From positions 72,542,001 through 72,606,000 of the forward strand of contig NC_087437.1 in assembly GCF_036321535.1 (NCBI RefSeq): a DNA stretch of 64,000 nt, in the 5' to 3' direction. This stretch comes from Camelus dromedarius. Taxonomy: Eukaryota. The notes below the pieces were generated by a model that worked only from the letters and a program-made list of their open reading frames with translations, had not been told where the DNA came from and searched no databases. A program made the translations under genes and the position numbers. Shown piece by piece: positions 27,701 through 39,700 of this stretch; position 1 is the first letter of the stretch, and every line of letters starts with the position of its first letter.

Positions 27701-30700
27701 AGATGGTCTGAGGAGGGTCCCAGGAATATGTATTTTTAATCCATTTACCCAGCTAATTCTAACGCAAAGCCTCAGGGTTAAGGCTACCACTTGGGCACTT
27801 GATCTGTTTCAGAAGGCAGGTAATTTTAAAAAGCTGCATTCTCTTTACAATGCAGACACGACGGATATTCTAGCATTCCAGATAGAACAATGGCTTTGGA
27901 TTCAGAAAATCTGGGTTTGTGTCCTAGCTTTGACACTTAATAAGCAGCTTTGTGATCTGTTGTAAGCCTTTCTTTTATCTAAGCCTCAGCTTTTTTCATC
28001 TGTAAAATGGAGTTATCCATATATCCATCTCCTAAACGCCATGTTCACTTTGTATTCTATCTTAAGTGATTAGTTTAAAGCAGTGGTCGTCACACTTAAA
28101 CTGTAGCAGAATCACGGAATAGGTTTGTAAAAACACAGTTTGCTGCTGAAACCCCCAGAGTTTCTGATTCAGCAGGTCTGTGGTGGGGCCTGAGAATGTA
28201 CATTTCTAACAATGCCCAGGTGAGGCTATGCTGCTGGGGGACCTCACTTTCAGAACCACTTGTTTCAAGTGTGATCAGAAATGTAGTAGCTTTTACACAC
28301 TACTAATGATGCCATTAAAGGTAAAGCTTAACTCCTTCCCCCCAAAACTGGCAATTATTTTACCTTCTAGATGACTGTGCAAAGATGAGGAAACTCATCT
28401 GAACATTTTTCTGTATCTAGAAGATTTTGTATAATTTTTCAAACCAAACAGATATGTGAATTGCTTAAAGTTTATGCTAAAAAATATGTTAACATTTATG
28501 GGTTTGTTTGTTTGTTTGTTTGTTTTTTGGTTTTGATTTGTGTTTTACTTAGTTGAGCCAAGGAGAAACAACAGAACATCAAAAAGTGAGATGTCTAGAC
28601 TGTAACAAGGAAATAGATGAGACCCTTAACATTGAAGCAATGGAGCTGGCCAACAGGCGTCTCTTGTCGGCACAAATAGTTAGTACTTTATTATATGCTT
28701 TTTAAATTACTGGCTATCAGTCATATCATTTGCAAATATGTTTCTCCCGTTCAGTACGTTGTCTTTGCGTTTTGGCAATAGTTTCCCTGCTGTGCAAAAG
28801 CTTTGAAGTTTAATTAGGTCCCATTTATTTATTTTTTGCTTTTGTTTCATTTACCTTAGGAGACAGATCCAAAAAAAATATTGCTATGACTTACATCATG
28901 GACTGTCCTACCTATGTTTTCTTCTAAGAGTTTTATGGTTTCTGGTCTTATGTTTAGGTCTTTAATTTATTTTGAGTCTACTTTTGTATATGGTGTAAGA
29001 AAATGTTCTAATCTCATTCTTTTACATGGAGCTGTCCAGCATTCCCAGCACCTCTTTTTAAAGAGGCTATCTTTTTCCATTGGATATTCTTGCCTCCTTT
29101 GTCGTAGATTAATTGACCATAAGTGCATGGGTTTACTTCTGGGCTCTCTATTCTGTTCCATTGATTTCTGTTTCTGCTTCTGTGTCAGTACTATACTAAA
29201 AGAATTAAAATTAAAAAATAAATAAAATGCTGGGCTAAAATTATACTGAAAATTTCCTCCTTGCTTAAGACATCTTGGTTATATTCACCTGCATATTTTA
29301 ATGGATTGCTTAGAAAGGCAAAGGGAAGTTTGGCATTGTCTTGGGAATCTGCTTGACTGCAAAAAGGAAAAGAAAAGGCAAAAAGAAAAAAAAATCCACT
29401 TAAATTAGCTTAAGTAGGTGTTTTATTTTGAGAAACTGGGAATTTCACAGATCCCAATGGCAGGAATTACAGCTGAGCTCTGCCTTCTGATGTGTTATGC
29501 AGTCAGTTCCATGACACTGCCCATATCTGGGTCCCAACCAATTTTTCGTTGAAGAATACCACCAGGTCCACTAATAACTGTGGGTAGTATGTTTTCATAT
29601 CAAATCTTAGGTAAAAATTCAAGAAATTCTGTAGCACAGCAGCATATAGGACTCTGTGAGAAATTGTTAATAGCCCAGTTAACATTTTCTGTCCAGGTCA
29701 GAGTCTTGACTAGTTGGCATGACTCATCCTCTTGAAATGTTCATGCCGGGCCTTCATTTCTCAGCTATTCCATGCATACAGGATTCTGCTTGCTCAGTGT
29801 AACATGGAAAATGGAAGTTCTTTAGGGTACGACAGTTCCCTCTTCAGCAGTAGTCCTGGCAGACAAGTTGAGTCTAAAAGACAGCTTTCCAAGGTCCTCA
29901 TAAAAAACTTCTTTGAGTAATTGAGGTAGTGCCATGAAGGATGAACTTATGCCTATGTGGTGCTTTGTTCCACCAGCAGATTTTATGAGATCACGTTCTT
30001 GAGTCACTTCCAGATTTTTAATTTATTTCAGGAAATATGATATTCAGGAACCCTTAAAATCAATGCAGAAGACTCAATTTTGGTTTCATTATTAATATGA
30101 TGTATGACTCAGGGCTTATTCTTTTTAGTCTTCTTTCTCCCCATCCATAAAAGGGGAAATTTATGCTAACTGAATGACTTCTTAGATTCCCGCCATGTGT
30201 GATAATCCTATGTTTTCTGCAATATATACTCCCAGATCCTTTTTGATTTATTGCCTTAAATGTTTGTTTTCTGTTTCTGCTGTTATATCTTTGTTGATTT
30301 TGTGCTATGTGTTAGGTCTTAATCTGGAAATCTTATTTTTCAAAGGAGGTTGGATCTCTCTGTTCTATTCTCCAGATCTTCATCTCACTTCATGGCTTTT
30401 TAGTCCGTCTTCTTTCTAGACATGTTTTCTTGTTTATCTTGGCTTGTTGATTTGATTTCTACAATCTTAACTCTAATGTTCACGGCTCCCAATAGTATTA
30501 TTCATTGGTTATTACAGTTTTCAAAGCTTTGAGAGTTTTTATTTAAATCTCAGCCAGTTCTTACTAACTGGAGCAATATCTCTTCCACAACTGTACGTTA
30601 GAAGAGAAATAACATCATGGCAAGATAGTGGTACCGGAGAGACAGCATAACCTAATGGGGAATGGGGGACAGACTCTAAATTCAGAGAGAACTGAGTTTC

Positions 30701-33700
30701 TGATGTGATCTTGAGAAAACTACTTGACTCCCTGAGCCTCAGCTTTCTCATCTGTAAAATGCCAATTAAAATACCTTACTCATAAAGTTGTTGCAAGAAT
30801 TAAATAATTTTATGTAAAACATAAATTATGATGTTAGTTCAATATTATATTAGAGACCTCAATGAATGGCAGTTATTTTTAGGAATCAACCATTCTCTAA
30901 ATTGTTCTTACATTTTGATGTGAACGATCATTTAAGAATTAACATTTTTCTAGGATTGAACTCCTTCGTTGTTTGTGTGACAAATGACATGAGTTCCATA
31001 TTATTTTCACCTTCCTTATTTTTCCCATTTTTCCCACAAACTACAGTGTTTATCTTTGAGGATACTGAAAATATGTTAATTTCAGGTTATTTTACAAGTA
31101 TTCTAATGATGTTTAAAAAGGAAAATGATACTCTACTGAATTTCTGTAATTATGAACAAATAGCCTTTTGATTTTTCATCTTTAAATTTAGTTCTATCCC
31201 TTTCTAGTATTCCCCTAAGAGCAAAACCATGTTTTAATGTCCATAAATGATTATGCAGACAGAATGTCTTCTGTAGAACCTGGGAATCCTTAATCATGTC
31301 ATGCATTCCAATTTAGGAAGTTGACTCTCAATAATGTTCAACACACTGAAGCAAAGTGGTTCTCAGGACATGGACTGACTGAATGAATATCTGTGTTCTG
31401 CACCACAGGGGAAGTACATTTCATGCTTGAAATAAATTGGAGATGAGAGAGTGCTGTTGTCAAAATATTTGGGAAACTGGAATTAAGCAAAGGCATAAAC
31501 CAGAATCCCTTACTGTAAGATTTCTCAGTGCCTCTACTGTTCTAGTATGCATTATAAACTTTTCAGATGGGGAAAGTTTGTAGCAGTTCCCACACTTACT
31601 TGGCCACAGAACTCCACTCATTTTTGAAAATCTAATTAACATCTAACAGGGGCCTAGTTTCCTGCAGAACCAGTTTCATTCCACCCAAAGCTCTGACCTA
31701 CTTTCTGCACTGATCTCATAGTATGGTCTCCATAGAAAGAGTCTTTATGTAAAGGTACTAGATTACTTGGGGATTTTGACTTCCTTCTCACAGATTATTT
31801 TTCCATAAAGGGAATAATACATTGTCATTATCATCCATATTATATAATATTTGACACAATATTTCTTTTAGGCGAGCTACCAGAGACAATACAGGGATGA
31901 GATTCTGTCCCAGAGTGAAGTCCAGGTGCTGGTAGGTGCAGCAGGAAGCTTTGGTGAGAAGGGAGAGTAAGTATATTTCCAGGAGAAGGTTTCCATCCTA
32001 AGCCACTGCATTTAGGAAATTGTGCAAATGAGTTTCTCACTTTTGTCTGGTAACTTGAGGATATATGTGTGAGCCCCTGCCTACTCTGGCCACCACAACC
32101 AGACCAAATCACCTCCTTCCAGTTTCCCAAACTTGCTCTGCTCATTCCCACCCTTGTGAATTTGAACAAGCTGCTCCTTCTGACTGGGACGCTCTTCCCT
32201 TTCTCCCTTTGACCCCCAAAGCTAAGCTATTGTAAACCACTCTTCCTTTCAGGCTACTCGAATACCTCACGAAGTCAAAGACTTCCAGGCGCACCTTCTC
32301 AATGCACATCTTCTTTTGCTACACTTGTAATGATTTCTTTAGATGGAAGCCTCCACAGTTAGCAGTGAGTTCCTCAAAGTCAGTGTGGTAGGGAGTACCC
32401 TCAGACCATCCCCTGTGGCTGGATGAAGGCTGTATGACTGGGCAGGGGGCAGAGTTAAACCATAGGGCAGTGCAATAACATCAACCCCAAACCTGAACGT
32501 ACCTTCTTGTTCTAAACCTCACTCCTAGTACCAAGGACACCAAAAGTCCCTGCTCAAATGGTCCTAAATTTATTTCTAGGGTCTTCTTGGCCCTTTTCCC
32601 CTGTGCCATCATCTCACAAACAATCTGGGCCTTTGGTGTGCACCCCTCAAATCCTAAGAGATGTGCCAGCCTGGTGTCCACGTACGTGCACCAGCTTGAG
32701 GTTCAGTGAGGGATAAGTCATGTGTGGGAAGAGAAGCAGCCAGACACTGGAGCAAGTTCTCATTGTAGTGCAAGAACAGATTTTCAAAGAGTCTGAGGGT
32801 TTTCATTTCAAACCCAGCCCCGTAAATCATTATGACATTGTATTTCCATATATGGTACAAGGGCTTCCACTGGCCCTCTTGCTCTAGGCCCTTCAGATCC
32901 TTAGGGGACCTGAGTGATGTTCACAGAGTAGAAGGAGGGGGCTGGGCATATGGGATCAACTTAGAACAATATGATTCGTACTTTAAAGAAGACAGATGTA
33001 CAGTGTACAGTGGAAATTTTTAAATGTATAGATGATATGCTGAAAAGCATTATCACTGCATTGTCCAGGAGAGGTGAACACAGATATTTTATACATATAT
33101 ATATACACACACACACATACATACATACACACACACACACACAAACACACAGCACCCGTATAGAGCAATTTAGCTCACCACTTTGATTTTTCCTTTTTAA
33201 ATCCTCCTTGAAGGCAGAAGCAACATATGCCTCTGAGGATCCAGATTTAATGGATACAAAGAGGAGATAAACAGTGGGGAAAAGGGGTTAAGGGTTGAAA
33301 GGACTCATGGTGGACAGAAAAGGCAAGTTTTGCAATGTATTACACTTCATTTGTACATGCAAGAGATAAATATTCAACACTAGTGTGTGCAAAGCTATAT
33401 GCCAGGCACTGTGGAGAACATCAAGATTATTGAAATGGTGTTCAAATCCCAGGAGGACTGTCTATGAATTACACTTGTATTCAGTAGTTGCTTCTTTGCT
33501 GGGCTGCCTTAAAGCTGATTTTGCCATTTGCTGATCATTCTTATCAGTAGCCCTATGGGCTGGGGTGTCCTGTGGCAAGAGAAGAAGTCTAAAAAGATAG
33601 AATGGTTGGTTTAAACAGAGGTCCCGAGACCTGTGCTAAGTGCCTAAGAAGAAATGCTTTGAATAGAGATTTTATTTATTGAGTCTTATGTCAGACACAG

Positions 33701-36700
33701 TTTTAAACATATTACTTGTATTACCTATTTAATGTCATAAAATTCCTATAAGTGCTTTTATTATTATCATTTTGTAGATGGGCATAGTGAGGTTAAATAA
33801 TTCACCCAAGGTTACTTGACTAATGAATTACAGAGCCCGGATTCAAAGCTAAGCTGCCTCTCTATCCAGTTAAAGAGATCATACTGTTTTCCTAAATCAG
33901 GTGTAAACAGTGAACATGTTGATGTAACATAGGAATTCAGGACCTTAAAAGACACAGTAATTTGGTCTGTAAAACATCACACACATTGATATCACAGAAT
34001 TTTAGGATTCATAGGAATTTGTGAAATGGTCAGATCTTAGCTTAGACATTAATTCCTTCAGGAAGTTTTCCTGATTCCCCAAGACTATATTAAACACCCC
34101 ACCTTCATGGGTCCAGAATGCCCTCTTATTTATTATTTCTGTAGAACACTTACTGCAACCTACTGTAAATATTTTAAAAATCAGAAATGAATAAAGTCAT
34201 ATACACATTCATGATTTTCCATATAACTACTACATGGAAAATTATGTTGACTCACAGATAATTGAATAACTTCCTTGTTTTAAATTATATCAGTATTCCT
34301 GTAGCAGAGAAACTGCCCAAATTTTAGAGTGAGAACGTTATAATCCATAGGGAGAACAAAGTCCAACTTTGACCTTAAGCCCCCAATGCCCTTCCATTAA
34401 GGTAGGGCCCCAGATCCAAGACTGGAGCCCTGTCCTCCATCCAAGAAAGATAATGAGCACATGTGGTCAGCAGCAGATAAATTCCTCATAAAACAAAGGA
34501 AGTTCGCTAAGCAAGCAAATCATAGCACATTGATTTGAGCTGTCTCAATGGAGAAGTCAACAGAACTTTATAGGCAACTTGAGACAAGTGCTACCAAAAT
34601 GTTTTGGGAAGGTTATGAGCACTGACTTCTCCAAGTAACCATTTTGCTCTTTCATTTCACTACTTGTATTTTCCCCATAAATGCCCTGATCACTTGCCCA
34701 GAAGGTAAAAGAAAAGAGATGGGAAGATATGCAAGATGGGTGCCTCATACATACTTTCTCATTGAATCAGCCCAGGCTGGCATAAGTATTTTTATCTCCA
34801 TTTCACAGAGCAAATAGGTGAGTGAAGTGATTCACTCATTGCCACACCAGATAATGGAGGATCCAGCATTAAAACCCACATATATTTGGATCATGATATG
34901 CTTTCTCTCCCTGAACCTTGACTTCTCTACTATTTTGTACCATTTCTCTCCAATTTTTTATACTCCCTGTTTGATGTCCCACAACCTAACTTCATAATTA
35001 TATATCCGCTTATATCTACATCTTCATGACTTGCACCCATGCCCATGAAAGTGTCTCATTTCCTCTCATCACTGGACAAAATAGTCTTTCTGCTTCCTGA
35101 CAATACTGCATTAAACATATTTCAAAAATTTTAAAGTATTTTTTTAAAATTTGTCTTTTTTTTTAGATATATTAATGCTGATACCATAAAGAATTATTCT
35201 GAAAGCAAAAAAATTCTTGTCTTTACTAGAAAAGTATTGCTCAATTGGGTGTATAATACAAAAAAGGAAAAAGGGATACCATCAAGGTAAGTGCTTTGAA
35301 CCTTACCAGAAATACTATTGTATTTGAAATTTCCTTTGTATTGTTCTTTAAAAATTTATATTCTGAATACTTTGCAAAATACCTGAGGTAGTTTACAACT
35401 CAATTATTTACATACATATAAAAAGTTACTTAAAGAAAAAAGATATGGTGTCATAACTTTTATTATTGAGGTAAATTTCACATAAGAGGATTAATCATTA
35501 ACCATTTTTAAGCATACCATACAGTGTTACCTAGTACATTCACAGTGTTGAGCAGCCATCACCTCTATCAAATTCCACAACATTTTCATTGCCCCAAATA
35601 TAAACCCAGTACCCATTAAGCAGTCATTCTCATTCCCACTCACCCTACTCCAGCTCCTGAATAGCACTAGTCTGCTTTCTGCCTCTATGAATTTACCTAT
35701 TTCAGATATTTCATATAAATAGAATCATACAACTTATGAAAAATCATACGATCATACCAATAGATGCAGAAAAAGAATTTGAAAAAATTCAACATCCATT
35801 TATGATAAAAACTCAACAAACTGGGTAAAGTTGAAACATATCTCAATATAATAAAGGCCATGTATGACAGTTTCACAGTGAACAATATAGTCAGTTATGA
35901 AAGACAGAAAGCTTTTCCTCTAAGACCAGAAACAAGACAAGGGTGCCTCTCCTTATCAATTTTATTTAACATAGTCCTGAAAGAGAAATTAGGCAAAGAA
36001 AACAAGAAAGAAAATTATCCACACAGAAGGGAAGAAGTTAGTGTCTTTATTTGCAGATGACATGATATTTCATATATATATAAGGACCCTACCAAAACCT
36101 GTTAGAACTAATAAACCAATTCAGATTTTTAAAGAGTCAACTCATGGGAACAGTAAAAATCAGTTACAGGAGCTGAGGGGTTGAGGAAATAGAGAGAGGT
36201 TGGTAAAAGGTTACAAACTGTCATAAGGTGAATAAGGTCTGAAGAGCTAATGAAAGACATGGCGACTATAACTGAGAACAATTTTGTAATTGAAATTTGC
36301 TAGAGAGTAGAGCTTAAATGGTCGCACCTCAAAAAAAAAAAAAAAAAGAATTCTGTGCAATCTTAATGAATGTGTTAATTAACTAGATGAGGGACTCCTT
36401 TCACAGTGTATATGTGTATCAAACCACTATGATGTACCCTTCAAATGTCTACAATTTTGTATGTCAATTATACCTCAATATGGCTGAAATTTTTTTAAAA
36501 AAAGAAAGAGAAAACTGTCTGGAGAGAGGGCTGAGAAGGGCAAAGGCAGTGTTACCATGAAGTTAACAAGGCTTACACTCTAGGGCTTCTCTCTCACTGG
36601 CACTGCCTGAGGCCTTGGAGGGTTTCTGCAATTTGATGACAGGATCTTAGATGTAGTCATAGTTTTTTTTTCTTTTTCTAAGAATAGCTAAGGAATCCAG

Positions 36701-39700
36701 CACTTACCCACTCTAATCAGTAATTGATTAATCATTTCATTTGAGTTTTAGCAATAATAATGCATTATTATACTGTGTGAATAATTTAAAAATAAAATTA
36801 AAAATACATTAAGTAAATCCTCTCATCCACAATTCCACTCTCTAGCATACTCAGTATAGAAGTAGTTTTTAAAGCATATACATTAATTTATATTTTTTGA
36901 TAAAATGTGGATGCATCCTGTTCTACTACCAAACATCCTGGGATTTGTTCCAGATTATAGGCTTTGACAAGGAAAAATGCTCCTGATAACACTGCTAAAA
37001 GGAAAAAATAGGTTATAGAATAATACATATGATATAATTCCTTTTGCATTTTTAGATAATGATTATATAAACAAAAAGACTGGAACAATATTCAAGCTAG
37101 TAATAGTAGTCATCTCTGAGAAGTGGAATTGCTAGAAGGTGGGAGGGATTTTTACTTTTTGTTCTTAATATTTCCAATTTGAAATATCCCTGTCTTACGA
37201 CCTAAAATATTTGTATTAAAAGTATAAGTAAAAATGAGTAAGAGGTGAGGTGAGGAAAGTCAGAAGAAAAGAGGGAAAGCCAGCCTGGAGACATCTAGCA
37301 GAGGAGGAAATTAAAGGGACAGTACTGAAAGTAGGATGCCAGAAAGTGCCTGGAAGTGATGGCTACTTCTCAGAATTAAGCTGGACTCTGTAGCTATTGA
37401 TGATTAAACAGAACTGAGCATACAATTAAAATAATTCAGTGTAATTTTTTATCAGATAAAACTATCTCTCTCTCTTTTTTTTTTTTTTTACAGCCATTGC
37501 TTTCTTCGTGGATGCCATAGAATAGTTTTTGCTGATGAATTTGAGTATGTCGGATACCTTGTAACACTAATGAATATATTTCCTATTATAATTTCTTGGA
37601 TACCTGGGTTAAATGTTATCTATGAGCATGAATTAAGACATGCTAACTACTTTTTTCTTGCATTTTATATTGTGGAGGCCTTACTTAAGGTAATCTAAAA
37701 TGTGTGTGTGTGTGTGTGTTTGTATGTGTGTGTGTGTGTGTTATATGTCTAACAGGGAGATTTCTCAATTTCATTTTTCAACACTAACTGCAGTCAGTTT
37801 TCTACAAAATTCTCTCTCACTTCTCAATACAAATAAACTTTCATTTTTAAATGTGATTTTTTGGGTATTTTAGAAAATATTCATACTTTAAGGACTGATT
37901 TTTATTTGCAAAAAAAATTTTAAAATAGTGTGTCAAGGGGACACAGAGTGGGTTACAAAGGTATTGACAATGTTCTTCAACTTAGCAAGATGGTGAGCAC
38001 ATGGATGTTCATTTTATTATTTTTAATACTAGGTAGATAAACAGATGAAAAGGTAGATGACAGAGATTCATTTATACTTGAAAAACATTTTGTAATTTGA
38101 TTTTTTTAAATCCCATATAAAGGTAGTTGTTAAATGATGGAAATGTATGCCCACAAATTGATAATAGTATTGTTTCATAGTAGATCAAGTTGTAATATAA
38201 AATGTTTTAAGCCAGAGATTTAAATAGAAGAATTATATTTATGTAGACAAAATAGATGAATCTTAAATCTTTAGTGGAAAATTAAAATGCTACTGCAGAG
38301 TTATGATTGGTAAGGGGAGGGGAATGAATTCCTATTCAATCACATTGTGGGTAATAAATTACAGGTTACTTGTAAAGACCATGGGAGAGGCCACATAATT
38401 AAGAAGAATTTAAGGAGTTAGGGTTAGAGTTAGTACTTGGGTGCGGGTGAGAGTAAAGCGTTCCCTAAAATCATATAATATGTACTGTCATGGAAAGAGC
38501 ACTGAGCTGGGGTGCAGCAGAATTGATTCTGGTTTCGATTTTCTCTGACAAACCTGTTAGCTGTTTACCACGTTACTCAACTTCTCCCAATCTCAATTTC
38601 TTCTATAAAACGTCAAAGTTGGCCTAAATGATAGATAAAGATCCTTCTAGCTCTGTTGTCTTTGTGCTTTGCCAGGTTTAAGCTGCTATCATAGCTGTGC
38701 ACAGCCGTAGCTCCATTCAGTCAGGTCCACTTAAGACAGCAGAGCAGGACCGCAGAGACACCATTACACCCTGTAGCTGAGAGGATACTCCCAGCTGTGC
38801 ACTCCTGTTCCTGTCTCTCCCTTCTATTTAACTCAACATTCATCTTCGCTGCCCAATTTGCATGCTTGCCTTCACGTATCATATCCTTCAACATCTTTTC
38901 TTTTTAGTTGAGTTTTGCCCCTTTGTACTGTGCCTTTTTAAATATCATGTTAATAACAGTAATAATAAATGATCACCCATAAGGTACCAGTCATTTTGAT
39001 TACAACATTTCAAATCATTAAATTAACCCTTTAATGTAGACACTATGCCATGCATTTTACAGGAGCGGGACCCAAGTCTCTGATAAATTGTGTAACTTGT
39101 TTAAAGTCACATAGCTCATGAATAGTAGAGTTAGGATCCAATCCCTCAAACTTTGTCTTCTTTCTAATATACAATTATGCTTTAACTTTCCTTTTTGTAT
39201 TTTCAAACTTTCCCTCAAACACTCCTCAACCTATTAGTGTGATGGGTCTTTGGAAACTTTCTCAGAAGAAGGTAATGACTCTTCTGCATCTGAATGCCAC
39301 GGACTTCCATTACCAGAGCTTCCAACCAGCCTTTTACAGCCATATATTCAACAAACCCCTCTTCCTTTGAAGCCTACACTAGCCTTTTACACCAAGCTCT
39401 TCTTTTCCTGTGGCTGTGTTCTACTGACCTCCAAATAACTCCTTCATGTGTCTGAATACTTGGTATCTGGATAAGGTCATACTCATTATACCAGTTTTTT
39501 CACGTTCCTAAGAAAATGATACAGCCTATGCTCTGTTTCAATAAGAATGAAATGAAGCACCTGTAGGAGCTAAATTGTTCCTTGAGCAGGACCTAGTAAG
39601 ACCAGGACCTGGTCTTCTGCTTTCTAAATTTAGACATTGAATTTCCTCCGCCCTGCCAAATATGAGCAGATTCAAGGGAACTGACCCTCTACCACTAAAC

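Noticed and set aside
36810..37160. Imperfect inverted repeat (caattccactctctag / ctgagaagtggaattg)
   Set aside because: Best explained by two old L1ME-like 3' fragments in opposite orientation; too degenerate to call a structured RNA
38414..38433. Telomere-like gttagggttagagttag
   Set aside because: Only one perfect TTAGGG; consistent with chance
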